A DNA stretch of 62,901 bases, counting the filler, from Lenisia limosa (lineage: Eukaryota; Protista; Breviatea): assembly GCA_001655205.1 (NCBI GenBank). It is 9 parts of 9 records of this genome, joined end to end, with 100 filler letters (N's around TTAATTAATTAA, not from the genome) between each part and the next. Parts side by side here need not be neighbours in the genome. Positions count along the whole stretch, not along the records: positions 19,291 to 28,408 come from LPNZ01002592.1; positions 28,509 to 38,613 come from LPNZ01010160.1; 7 more parts are not named here. One strand, 5' to 3'. Of the stretch, positions 23,381 through 36,020 are shown one piece after another. Position numbers and translations under genes: made by a program. Numbering within the stretch: the stretch's first letter is position 1; each line of letters opens with the position of its first letter. The notes under the pieces are model-generated. The model saw nothing but the letters and a program-made list of their open reading frames with translations, was not told where the DNA came from and made no database searches.

Positions 23381-24690
23381 ATGGTTGCTTTTGACAAGCT
23401 TCCTCGCTGGACCTCAATCCAAATTGAAAATGGTTTTATGAACTTGGAGCTCACTGAAAAGGTCCACATTTTAATTGGTCTGAAAAAGTGTCACTGGCGA
23501 AACTCTTGGACAACGTCTCCTCGTGTTGTGGATAAACAGAACAATACTATTGATCTTTCTCCAAAGCTGCAACAGTACTTTGCTGTTCTCTTTGAAACAT
23601 TTGAAGGCTTAAATGACCATCCTTGGTTAATTGGAAATGCTGATGAAATATTCACTCAGGTTGGTGGGGAAAAAACCCAGCAAAGTACTTACCTATGACA
23701 ACTTAAAGCCGAACAAAGAGGCTGATGGGATGGGTGGAATAATGTAAGTAATACAATTTGATAACACCTCTAGGTCCGATGGAACTGGATTTCCTCCTTT
23801 TGTTGTCGTCCATAATAAAATGCAACTCATGAAAAAAAAATCTGGAAAGCTTTGGAGGTACCGTTGTGTGCACGCACCTAATGGATGGATGGTTAGTTTA
23901 TTAATAACCTAGAATGGTCCTGCCCTCTTAGAGTAGGGTAAGGTTGCTGTCAAAGTGTTTGATGAAATCAGAGCAAAGAGAGGTCTTGAAAAAGATGCTC
24001 AAGTTGCCCTGTTAATGGATGGACACTGTTCTCGTTGGTGGCCTGGATTCTCGGAGTTGTTGAAACAAAACAATATTGCTGTCATTCTTGGTGCAAGTCA
24101 TACTTCACATGGTTCCCAAGTAATGGACGTTGGACCCATGTACATGCTTGAGGAAAAGAAGAAAGAAGCTAGCAGAGAAGAAAAAGGAATCAAACAATAT
24201 GGAGAAAATGCTGCTCTGAAAACTAGTTGTATTGCTATTAAAGCTACTGTCCGTGCTTATATGGACACTACTTATCATGACTCCAATGTTTCTGCATTTC
24301 AAAACGCTGGTATCTTTGTGATGAAAGATGAAGATGGTCCTGTATTGAAAATAGACCCTTCGGTTGTGCTCTTAAAAACAGGCCCCCAAGAGCAAATTTT
24401 GACTCCCTTGACTCCCCCCCGCAAAAAAGCTCAACAAAGTGCTGTAATAAATGCTCCAAGAACAATTAAAGTTGTGCTGACTGCAAGTTCAATGAAAGCT
24501 CAAACTCAATTCCAAGTGGTTTGACTAATTCTTTGAGAGACATCAGTGATATTCAAACTGCAAAAGAGTTGAAAAGACACAAGAAGAACAAAGCTGATGG
24601 AAAGCTCCCGTGGGCGGATAGCCCCTTATTGAGAAATGGACAGATTGCTGCAAAGCTGCCTCCTCGTGTTGATATTTCACCATAAAACAG
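23381..24690 (+). pseudogene. pogo/Fot1-like DDE_1 transposase pseudogene with spliceosomal introns
   Basis: Motifs WLIGNADE, MSDGTGFPPFVV, HAPNGWM, VALLMDGHCSR and GASHTSHGSQVMDVGP. Lesions: frameshift near the A-run at about 23670, in-frame TAG at 23934-36 where Trp is expected, and a MITE inserted in the 3' region. Introns at about 23765-23794 and 23892-23912. Confidence 0.85.
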
Positions 24691-24698
24691 TCATGTTA

Positions 24699-25240
24699 GA
24701 GAATTTGGCAACCGGTGGCTCACGGCTCACAGGTCACAAAACCGAGCCTTTTGCCCAGACCCGTGAAACACATTCCTGTGAGCTTCGCTGATTTGGAACT
24801 TTTCGTGAACCTTGAAGTTCATGAATTTTCCTCCTTCGATGCCAACTTATCAACAGTTAGCTGTTATCATTTTGGTATCATTAGCAGTTGATACAGCAAC
24901 TGTTTAGAACAACTGATCAGAGTACACTGTTCATAGCTTCTAGATTTGTCCTTCATTTACCCATATCTTCAGAGAAAATTCAATACTAATGTTGATAAAT
25001 CTTAAAGAAGCAATAGCAACCATTACAGTTGGTTGAGTTTCATGACAATCACTTCTCACAACACTCTAACACCAAATTCTCCAATTCTCTTCTTTTGGTA
25101 ATCATTTTGATGAGGTAAAAAGATCAGGAGAACTGTTTAAAAACGCACCCATGGACCATGGACCATGAACTGAATGGGGGTCGGGTCATGGTTCAAGGTT
25201 TGTGACCCGTGACCCGTGAGCCACCGGTTGCCAAATTCTC
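24699..25240. mobile_element. 542-bp MITE M2 with about 42-bp TIRs and a TA target-site duplication
   Basis: TA|gagaatttggcaaccggtggctcacggctcacaggtcacaaa ... tttgtgacccgtgacccgtgagccaccggttgccaaattctc|TA. Confidence 0.92.
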
Positions 25241-25394
25241 TATTTGCGAGAAAACGCAAGGGAAATGCTTAATTAGAGAAGAGAAAACTATAGCAAAAGT
25301 CATATTGGTATGACAAGTCTCATATTTTGAATTAATTCCACATTAGTCACTGTACCTGAGTTGAATCATGTACTTGAGTTAATATATTTAACAA

Positions 25395-26120
25395 ATTAAG
25401 CATTTTTGCGTCTTTTTCTTTGACTCTGTTGTGCATTTTCCAGCAATTTTTTTCCTTTCGCAGCCCCTGTTTGAATGTCTTTAAGTTCAACAGTTCTCTT
25501 TTCTTTGCGTTTTTCAAAGAGTTTCTTCTTAACATCATTCCGAGCACGACCAACCAAATTAGAGTAAAACTGCTCTTGTTCGAGAACAATAAATGGAAAT
25601 ACGTACTAATTTGAGTTCAGAAATGCATTTGGGAGACAGAGTGACACCACACAGCAAATCAAAAATTAATCATTTTAGCCACATTTACCAATAACCATCC
25701 ATTCCCAAGAAGCTCCTTAAGAAGGTAGAAAGCAGACAGGTCTAAGGAGATCGTTCAGCTGATTAAGCTGTCTTATCAAAGAAATATCAGTTTTCAAGAA
25801 GTTTTGGGGTGATAAGTTTCTTCATGATCTGTCGAAGGTGTGCTTCCTCTTAGTGTCCCTTCTTTTTGACCTTTTTAGAGTGGAAATCGTTTTAGAAGAC
25901 AATTCAAGATGATTCATTCTTTTCCACTGATCTTCTTTTTGGTTGGTTGAAGTCCCCAGCTCTCAGCCTTAACATTCAGAGTGTTTCTTTTGAGGGTGAT
26001 CGACTGGAGCTTTTCAAGGATCTTCCCATGGTATTCTAAAAGTTGTTGGGTCCCCCCCTTACCACCCCCCCCCTTTTTTATCGTCCACTGCAGTGCTAGC
26101 ACTATAAACAAAAATATAAG
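25395..26120 (-). pseudogene. Degenerate reading frame with a basic C-terminus, unknown family
   Basis: FIVLEQEQFYSNLVGRARNDVKKKLFEKRKEKRTVELKDIQTGAAKGKKLLENAQQSQRKRRKNA*. Upstream fragments such as DLSAFYLLKELLGNGWLL are interrupted by stops. Confidence 0.4.
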
Positions 26121-26845
26121 CAATTAATCATGATTTCGGGAGTTCAGATGCTCTCAACTTCCTCCTCAACTGATTGATCATGAATAGGGTTTTTGAATGA
26201 ATTGAAGTGTTTTTTTTGTGTCGATTTTTTATGAGAAATTGGGGTTTATAAACATTTCTTTCTGCCATTTGTGCAACCTAAAGGCAATTTTCTTCTCTCT
26301 GAACAACGCAAAATATGACAATTCTCAAAAACAAGTGGGGAACAATGAGTCAAAATGTGTCATATATCCTATTCACAGGGGGAAAAAAATATGATAAATG
26401 TCATATTTTTCCATCATATTCATCATATATATATATGATTTCTGACATTCCGATGATGTGTCACCCCATATCCCCTTTTGTCCCGTAAATGATGTTATAT
26501 GCTTCTAATGGTTCGATCATAGCGACAAAATATGATTTTTCGCGAAAAAAAAAAAGGCCTCAAAACGCAAAATATGACTCATTTTCCCGAGGGTATATGA
26601 CGGCTCATCTCCCCTCGACGCAGACTTCGGAGATATGGCATTCCAGGATTTCCGCAGTTGTTTTGCGGAGGTTCCGAGAGACGATCGAGGCATTTCCCTG
26701 TGGATAGTATCAGATTATTTTATCATATTTTCTTTCCTATTTGGGTCACTTTTGAAAGAAAATCTCCTGAAAATCTTTCCAAAAGATCACCCAAAAAGGA
26801 AACGAGAGTAGTTGGCTTTGGGGAATGGAAATAAAACTAACATCA

Positions 26846-27324
26846 GGCCGCGTTCGAAGTGTCAAGAATTCTTAGGAATCTTAAGATTGCCTTAAGTTTC
26901 ACTTAAGTTTTTGTGTTCGAAGTACAAACTTAAGTCAGTACCCCAACAGTCCCCTAGAAATTTTTTTTTTAAGAAACATGTACAATAATTTGTTATAGTT
27001 CCTCTTTCTCAGCTAGAGCTGAGCAAAAGAGTACATTGTACATCACAATTACAGGAGAGTCCCATTGAAAGCAAAATTATAAAATAATCAAACAAAACAG
27101 TTCAAATAGAAGCCAAGGAAACAGGAGGGAAGAAGGGAGAAGGAATCCTAAGAATCCTAAGTCACCAACATCGGTGTCTTAAAACCCAGCCAAATCTTAA
27201 GAATCACCGAGCCTTGGGCATGCATCCGAGCCACTTCCGAAACTTAAGTTGAACTTAAGAAAAATTTACACTTCGAACGCAACATCTTAAGATTCCTAAG
27301 AATTCTTGACACTCGAACGCGGCC
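26846..27324. mobile_element. 479-bp MITE M3, PIF/Harbinger (Tourist)-like
   Basis: TCA|ggccgcgttcgaagtgtcaagaattcttaggaatcttaagat ... atcttaagattcctaagaattcttgacactcgaacgcggcc|TCA. A 3-bp TNA duplication and GGCC termini fit PIF/Harbinger. Confidence 0.88.
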
Positions 27325-28737
27325 TCAGAGAAAGCCTCAAAATTCCCAGCAAGAGGACCCAGTAGATAAAGATCAGTTGAGGTATCAGATCAAAAATGAA
27401 GCAGTGGGGTCCAGAGACCGCTTGAAAGGCGTTTCTCGAATCCTCAAATCAACCATCACAGAGCGCTTTCCAAATATATCGATTGCGCTTCAAGTAGACT
27501 TAAAAGTAGCTTAGGGAGTTTCTCAGCAGCTTGCGCGGGGAGTAGAGAAGGTAGTGTCGGAAGTTAGCCGAACCACTCCTCATTAAAGTCAGTAAGCAAC
27601 CTAATAGAGTCAAAAAGAACAACAAAAGCTCTAACAAACCTTCAACATTTTGATGATCAGCATCCAAAATCCTTCAATTCTCGTTTATGGCAGAGGTGCT
27701 TATTTTAAAGCTTCTAATAGCCAAAAACAGAAGAAGCAACAAAAAAGAATCCAAACAAAAAACAATTTTTTAAAAAACACCAAAATTGAACTGAACTGAT
27801 GTCACCCAGTTTACTTAGTGGAACCGAGTACCCCTAGGTATTCTTTATATTAAATTTTTTTTTTCGCTTTCTTAAAAACAGCTTCAACAACAGAAAACTA
27901 GAGCTTTTTGAAGAGTATGAGCTATAATATATATAAAAGAGGCAAATCTCGTGAAATTGTTGAAGATCATGTTCTGATAAACCGGCTAAAGCATCTTTCC
28001 TCTTGTCTCTCTTCGTCACCTTTCCCCTTTTACAGTGTAAGGACTTCCATTTGCATGACGATTTTTGGCCAAGATGATAAATCCAATGTAAAAAATGACG
28101 TTTCCAATCATTTCCCTTATGTATGATTGCTCATCTCGTGGATGGTCGTGAATTATTGTAATTGATTATTTGCGGATTTTCAGAAGGAAGAACGAGGCTT
28201 TAGCCGAGTGAGTCCCGAGGAACATCCTTAAATAATCAATTAAAAAAATTCACTCCGCCATATCCACTCGTGGACAAACATTTGATATGATATACTACAT
28301 AAAATACTATATTTCTATAATATGTATATCATATCATATATTATATCATATATTATATACAGTACATATAGCTAGATACATATATATTATTATTATTATT
28401 ATTATTATNNNNNNNNNNNNNNNNNNNNNNNNNNNNNNNNNNNNNNNNNNNNTTAATTAATTAANNNNNNNNNNNNNNNNNNNNNNNNNNNNNNNNNNNN
28501 NNNNNNNNCCTTCTCCAGTGTGCGAGTAATGGTGAAATAAAGGAATAAACAAAACAAATAAAGTGAAAAAGAGAAAAGATAAAAAGATAAAAGGCTGGAT
28601 TGTCGCCAACATGCAAAAACCCAAACGGAGTCATATCTGTCATGAGCCAAAACAAGATCTCAGATCACATGAAAAGCAAACTTGCATTCAAAATTTCACA
28701 ATTATTCATCACATATCTGGTGTTAATTAAAATCACG

Positions 28738-31700
28738 ATGTTATTACGGGTGATATTATCACTATCAGTGTTGCTTTTGGCATATACTAGCGCTACACCT
28801 CTGAGACCGTAAGTATCAAGCATATTTTTGCCTTCTAATTACAATAGGCGTTCACCAGTTTCTCTTTCTCCTGTTACTGAAGGCGTTAAGTCGTTTCTTC
28901 ATGATGCCCACGGAGTTAAGGTATGTTGAAAATGTTGCTCACGCTTCTTCCTCTTGCCCTCTTCCTCCAGATTCATACAAGATATGTTAAAACAGTCAAA
29001 AATTGAACGGGCCGTCCAAATTGGTCCTCTTATGATCTCTGCCTTCACATTTCAGGAAAGATCTTGGCCATTTGCCATCACCGACCACTTCAACATTGGA
29101 GAAGGTGAAAAAGAGTGGGAAATGAGATACCTGATTTCAGAGAAGTACAGCAAGGCCGGAGGCCCAGTGTTCTTCTACTGCGGAAACGAAGGTATGTGTT
29201 TTGTTGCTCTTTATATGTGGCTCCTCCTAATAACAAGTCAGCATTTTATAGAGAGATGCATACATCAAATCCGCACTTAATTCCACTATGGTGATTTAAT
29301 ATGAAGTACAGACTATGGTGTAATACTAGCGTTTATCAAATATCGCTGATGAACTAATTGGTGTGAACGATTTCGATCACAAAAACTGCTCGGGGGGGGG
29401 GGGGNNNNNNNNNNNNNNNNNNNNNNNNNNNNNNNNNNNNNNNNNNNNNNNNNNNNNNNNNNNNNNNNNNNNNNNNNNNNNNNNNNNNNNNNNNNNNNNN
29501 NNNNNNNNNNNNNNNNNNNNNNNNNNNNNNNNNNNNNNNNNNNNNNNNNNNNNNNNNNNNNNNNNNNNNNNNNNNNNNNNNNNNNNNNNNNNNNNNNNNN
29601 NNNNNNNNNNNNNNNNNNNNNNNNNNNNNNNNNNNNNNNNNGGCTGACCGCTTCGGAGCCACCGTCGGTATGAGGTAATTCACTGTCATAGTAAATAAGG
29701 CTTCACTTCGGTTCGAAAAAAGAGTGAATTTCTCGATAAATCCTCGAATTTTGCCGGTCTTTTTCGAACCGAAGTGAAACTATACTTACTACCACAGTAT
29801 GATATAAAGATACTAGATATAATACTACTCTATAACCGCTTTATATTTGTGGTGGTAAACTGTCATAGTAAATAGGGCTTCCCAACTGTTCCAAAAAATC
29901 ATATTTTCTCGATAAACCCTCAATAAATATCGATGTTTCCCCTTTCTTTTTCAGACGAAGAACCGTACTTATTTACTCTTTTTTATTTTACTTTTTATCT
30001 TATATTTAAATAATATGCTTTCATTGTTCTATTATTATCCTGCTTTCCATTCTGCGTCTCATTTTTTAGTGTTCGCTGAACATCGTTTTTAGTTGGGGGG
30101 GGGGGGTNNNNNNNNNNNNNNNNNNNNNNNNNNNNNNNNNNNNNNNNNNNNNNNNNNNNNNNNNNNNNNNNNNNNNNNNNNNNNNNNNNNNNNNNNNNNN
30201 NNNNNNNNNNNNNNNNNNNNNNNNNNNNNNNNNNNNNNNNNNNNNNNNNNNNNNNNNNNNNNNNNNNNNNNNNNNNNNNNNNNNNNNNNNNNTGCGTTTT
30301 TCATATTAAATAGTAACTACTCATCTATCTAAGTACCTGTGATATTGTAAGGGGAGATGGAATAACAGCATATTTGTCTTTAACTATCAGCGGAAAATCA
30401 TGGCCATGCCCAAAGGAAGAGTGCTTCAAACAGCCCTACAGTAAGATTGCAGTCACACGAATTATTTTCTATTTTTCTATTTTTTTTTTTTTTATGAATA
30501 TACCAATATAAATCAGAAAAGCATAACCCTGAAAGCTTGCTCATCACTATCGGGGATTCTCCACCACTCATCATTATCCCAAGATCACCATCGTAGAACC
30601 CTTACCTGCCATAATCCTTTGATCAAGATTATTATTTCATGAACCAGGACAAACACAATGCACAACTCACGATCATCATGAAGCCTTGATCACAACCTTG
30701 TAACCCTGCTTACCATCATCACAATCAGTCCATAATCACCACCATTCCCCAACCAATCATCTCTCCACAACACTGCTGCCAGGCATTTAACAATCAATCC
30801 CTAGTCGTCTGCTATTTCACCCGAACAAGACTACTCCCATCACACCGTTATCAGGCATATAATCTCCAATCACACCCTAGTCGGCTTGCTTACTGCCGAA
30901 CAAGCCCTTGCCGACTACGTTCAGTTCATTGATGGAATGTTCCATGGGAAGAGACCTGTTATTGCTTTTGGTAGGTTCCTATAGAGCAGCATATGCATGT
31001 TGAGATGAAAAATAAAACAAAGTTTTCGTCACGCTGAGAAGAAATATTTGATTAACGGTTTTGATCAGGTACTATATCCACAATCTCGTCTAGGCGTGAT
31101 GCTCCCCGTTACACCCCCCCCCCCNNNNNNNNNNNNNNNNNNNNNNNNNNNNNNNNNNNNNNNNNNNNNNNNNNNNNNNNNNNNNGCTCGCGGCCTGGGC
31201 GCGTATGAAGTACCCAAGTGTGTTTGCTGGCGCCATTGCCGCCTCCGCACCCATCCTGCAGGTTTGTTTTGGCTGATGATGGGTGGAAATGTTGGAACTA
31301 AGGCTTTACTACTGTCCCAAAAAAAGACTGAATTTATCGATAAATCCTCGATAAATATCTTTTTTGGGCTGGAGTGAAGTTCATGTTGGAACCGAAAAAG
31401 TACGACGACTTTGCTCAAGAAAAAGTGTTCCAAGAGGCAAATTGAACTGATTATGGGTGGATCAACAAATAATAATATCACGAGTGGATATGGGTTAAAA
31501 CATGATAGTACATGAGTAGCATATGATAAATTCACTAGTGGATATGGGTTAGCATCTGATCATATCACGAGTTTGCATTCCTCTTCAGCATTGTTAATCA
31601 TGTAGTTCCCGGATATGGTCAATCCCGCCACATTCAACGAGATCATCACCAATGACTTCAGAAAAGCCGGCGGTGAAGGTATGAGAGTAAGGCTTCACTT

Positions 31701-34700
31701 CGGTTCGAAAAAGTCCAGTTAAATATCGATAGTTTTCGGGGATTTTTCGAGAAATTCAGTCTGTTTTCAAACGGAAGTGAAGCCCTATATGAGAGTTTGG
31801 CTGTGGGAGGGGGGNNNNNNNNNNNNNNNNNNNNNNNNNNNNNNNNNNNNNNNNNNNNNNNNNNNNNNNNNNNNNNNNNNNNNNNNNNNNNNNNNNNNNN
31901 NNNNNNNNNNNNNNNNATGAGGAACAAAAAATACTGCGTGAAGGGACTACGGATTCAACTCTTAGAAATTAATAAGAACATCTTTTACTTCTTTAGAATG
32001 TGTCCAAACTCTGAGCACTGTTTATGCGTCTTTGCTTACTGACTCGCCGACTCTTATTTCTCAAAAACTCAAACTTTGCACAGTTGGTCGTGGTCATACT
32101 CAGCGTATTGCATTATTATATGATAATGTGGAAACGAGAAAATCAAGGTGTTTGTCGAGATATTTGATTATTCTTTTGGTCTTTTGAACTGAAAATGAAG
32201 TTCTAGTAATATATTATACATTGTAGCTATTGGGGCAATAATTGTATGCGAACACAGTTAAAAAAAGGTTGATTTTTATAACTACAGACGTTTTGCTAAA
32301 GAGCTTTTTCATTTTTAGACAAGCGGTATTCTGACACGCAGGTATTTGAGGAGTCTGAGCGCCGGACTATGATCGATTTTGTCCAGGTGAGTGGGTGGCT
32401 TGATCCTTGAGTCTATTTTTAACAATAAAAGATAAGTAATTATAAGGTATGCTGGGGAACTACGCAGAAAGCTGTGTGTACAGAGTTTTAAGGCAAATGA
32501 TTGACTATAATCCAATATCTCTTATGACGGTTCAACCAGATACAACCTTACTTTTTATTTCTCCTTGCTCTAGTATACCGGCATATATCATATTCAAAGA
32601 ATGCACTGACCTTATTTGAGGCGGGCTTACACAGGATAATCTTTGTTTTCTATCTCAGCTGCATAATAGTATTACATATGATATGATATATATATTATAT
32701 CGATATCTATTTATAAACTGTGGCAATGGTGCTTTGTCCTGCCGTGCCAATCTTTCGAGTTTGTTTTGCAGCAGTCAAAACATCTCATCAAAATATTACG
32801 GTCATCTATCTCTGACCCTATCCTCCCTTATCAGACCGCTCACACCTACATGGCCATGACTGACTACCCCACTGAAACGGATTTCCTTCGAGTAGGTGAC
32901 CTATAATTAGTCTCGTTTTTCAGTTTTATTGGGGTTATTTGACCTCAATTGTCATACGATTTAATGGGAGATATATATATTGACCTCAATTTTCAAAGTA
33001 ATCAATCATATTATTAATAAGCATATGCCCCCAGACAACAGAGTTGATTCTGAGGGTTTTTTGTTTCCCTAAATTTTCCCATTTTACTCACACCCCACCC
33101 CAAACCCAATTTTGCTTGTTCACGCCTCGCCAGCCCATGCCAGCATGGCCGGTAACAGAGGCATGTAGGACAATGGCCGAGTCCAAAGGGGACGTTTATG
33201 ACAAATTCGCTGCCAGTGTCGGAGGTGTGGGGGGTGATAAACAAACGGTTGCTGGGTTGGAGTTTGAGTTTGGAGTTTGAGCTTGAGCTTGAGTTTGAGT
33301 TCGGTTTTCCTGATGCGTCCTTTTTCCCAGTATTCTACAACTACACTGGAGACCAGACTTGCTACGACATCAACGAGGGCATTTCTCCCGGCCTGGGGTC
33401 TGGATGGGACGTTCAGGCTTGTACCGAGGTGCGCCTGGTGGTTTTATGTAAGAGTTATTGGGACCTTACTTGGCGTTTGCTGTGAAGAGATGGTGGCTTG
33501 TGTCGATACGACCTGAGCAGGGGCAACAGCAGATTGAATATCCAACATATTGGGAGAGTGGGGCTTCACTTCGGTTCGAAAAAAGACTAAATTTATTGAT
33601 AAATCCTCGAAAACTATCGACATTGGACTGGCCTTTTTCGAGCCGAAATGAATTTCTAGCTATCAGGAAATACACTGTTGAAACTATGATCACAAAGATC
33701 GGGGGGGTACTGTCCACAAAAAAGCGATCTGGATTCCACCTTTGTTTGTAAAAATATATATTATTGTTTAACTTAACAGATGATTATGCCAATTGATTCA
33801 TCGGTCAAAAGCCCCTCTGCTGGTAATGGGGGATCTATTCCTTACAACCTTGACCGATCTGAAAGATAATATCCGGCCAACCAGGGCGTGGTGGTCCCAA
33901 CGGAGCCCTTGAAATCCTCCGTCAATTCGTTCCCCCGGGTACTATCATCAATTATTTTGTGAATAAACTCGTAGCATTTCACAACTTACATGATATTCCG
34001 TTGAACTTGAACAATATTATACTATACTATGCATATTAGTATTATACTATAATCCAATGTCCCTTATAAGCGTGATGGTGTGGACGACTTCAGCCTGATA
34101 TCTTATTTTTTTTTATTTCTCATTGCTTTATGAATGCGTACAATATTAAAGTGCTTCAAATGAAATTATTTTTACAAAATATGTGTCCCACTTCAACTTG
34201 TGACGGAGTCATAATACGTTTTTTTTGCAGTCTGAAACTAGGATCATAGAGAACCGGTGGTTGAATACTCGCAGAAAACGACAAAAACAGGAGAACTTCT
34301 TCACAGTCCTCCCTGCACGTCATTATTTAGATGGCGCAATTCGCGACATCTTCCCCCAAGTCCCTTGGTCGCTCAAAGACCTCACAGCGATGTGCCAGAA
34401 GGAATTCGGTCTCACCCCGCGTCCCCAGTGGGTTCGCCTTCAGTTCGGCGGCCTCGATCTTGCCCCGTACACGAATATCGTATATTCAGGTGAGGGAGTT
34501 AGTAGTTTTTGTTTTTAGAAATTCCTCCCTGGGCTTTTTTTGTTGTTGTTGTTTTTAACACCTCACCCCCCCCCCCCAGTGGGAACATTGGACCCGTGGN
34601 NNNNNNNNNNNNNNNNNNNNNNNNNNNNNNNNNNNNNNNNNNNNNNNNNNNNNNNNNNTCATCATCTGGACCTCAGGGCACCGTCTGAAAACGGTGAGTT

Positions 34701-35051
34701 CTTTTGAAAATTCACACGGTTTCTCAGCTAATCTGAGTAAGTTCTCAAGATAAAGCAATAGTCCTTGCTCTCATTGTTCTCCCTCAACACTCTGGTTATT
34801 TTTTATGTTTTCCTTTGACGGGGTGTAGGGGACTGTATGTATGGTGTGGGGAGGGGGGTTATCAAAGATTTCGATAATATGGTCTTTATGTAACCAAAGT
34901 GAAGCACTTAGGATATAGAGAACAATGAGTCTTTATCCACAGCCTTTGAACTTTTCTTTACCGTTCAGACCCGCCGTCAGTCAGACAGGCTCGGATTGTC
35001 GAAGCACGTGCCATCAATGATTGGATCGCTGCATGGCACAGTCAGCACTAG
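28738..35051 (+). CDS. Serine carboxypeptidase S28 family (lysosomal Pro-X carboxypeptidase / DPP7-like), secreted, multi-exon
   Basis: Signal peptide MLLRVILSLSVLLLAYTSA; motifs DHFN, RYLISEKYSKAGGPVFFYCGNEG, VFAEHRF, LTAEQALADY, LAAWARMKYPSVFAGAIAASAPIL, YMAMTDYP, PAWPVTEAC, GWDVQACTE, NIVYS/GTLDPW (Asp) and HHLDLR (His), ending AWHSQH*. The catalytic Ser motif falls in the gap at about 31125-31185. Confidence 0.92.
29698..29780. mobile_element. MITE family M1 copy (intronic); a decayed second copy follows at about 29876-29960
   Basis: TA|aggcttcacttcggttcgaaaaaagag...tttttcgaaccgaagtgaaac|TA. Confidence 0.85.
31690..31785. mobile_element. MITE family M1 copy (intronic)
   Basis: TA|aggcttcacttcggttcgaaaaag...aaacggaagtgaagccc|TA. 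A partial copy is also at about 31320-31380. Confidence 0.85.
33561..33656. mobile_element. MITE family M1 copy (intronic)
   Basis: gggcttcacttcggttcgaaaaaagac...tttttcgagccgaaatgaatttc|TA. Confidence 0.85.
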
Positions 35052-35289
35052 ATCAATAGATCACTTGATGTTGTTCTGTTTATTGATTTCCATAATGCAA
35101 TGGTGACTTTTTACTGGGGCCTTAATATTCCGAAACAGTCCATGTTTAAAGGCACCTTACCGTTAACATGTGCTGAATCATAACTGTGTTTACATAATCG
35201 TTTATCTCCACTGTCATACTTCTTGTTGTTTCAATTTGAGATAAAAATAATGATGCTACATCCAAACAACGAAACTCTACAACAAACAT

Positions 35290-35440
35290 CTTTTCTCCTA
35301 TAGAATGGCATGACGTTCTGGCTCATTTGTAGCTTTTTGTTCCTCAACAGTGAGGGGTTCATCAATGCTGACAGTTACCTTGACCTTGTGCTTCACTTCT
35401 CCCTGGGTTGTGAATTCATCCATTTTGACATTACATTGAA
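35290..35440 (-). CDS. Probable terminal exon of an unidentified minus-strand gene
   Basis: KMDEFTTQGEVKHKVKVTVSIDEPLTVEEQKATNEPERHAIL* has protein-like composition; upstream exons were not resolved. Confidence 0.35.
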
Positions 35441-36020
35441 ATTGTATTTAATCCACTCAATTGTTTTTAATAAGCCTTCTTATACTATTGATCAACCTTT
35501 TATCTATTCACATCACCACCAACAAAGTGGACCAGGGAACTGCCCGAATACTCATTTGAAACCGACTACATGCCAGCCCCAAAACATGTTTGAGATTGTA
35601 TCAGAGTCGCTGCTTTCGGACATGATATTATGGGGGATTCAGGAGGTCTGATTGATTGATGGTGATGAGGAGGAATATAGATACTAAAGTACTTATTACT
35701 AGGGTGATGAGTGGAGAGAAGGAGGGCGATGATTCAGTTTACAAGGGTGGGTAATAATTAGTATCCTAGTATATTTGTATTGCATTACTGATTCTATGTT
35801 CTACTATTTTCGTTGAGGAATTGAGAAGTTGATGGTTGATGCCAACCAACATATCTCTTATTGTAAGTTGACCTAGTTAAAATTACTAGTTATTTTACTA
35901 TTAAAGAAAAATAATGTTTCAATGTAATGTCAACGGATGGGGTGGCTCAAGGGAGGTGAAACAATCATTGGTTCGCAGCAACACATCACTAGATCATTCG
36001 ATCATGTTGACACTATATAT

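Noticed and set aside
23934-23936. In-frame TAG (and the TGA at 42719) as evidence for a non-standard genetic code
   Set aside because: Conserved genes in the window terminate at TAA, TAG and TGA and show no other internal stops after splicing. The transposase also has a frameshift, so pseudogenisation is the simpler explanation.
27330-27600. Plus-frame fragment KDQLRYQIKNEAVGSRDRLKGVSRILKSTITERFPNISIALQVDLKVA*
   Set aside because: It is short, interrupted by a stop, has no start, splice chain or motif, and cannot be supported as a gene.
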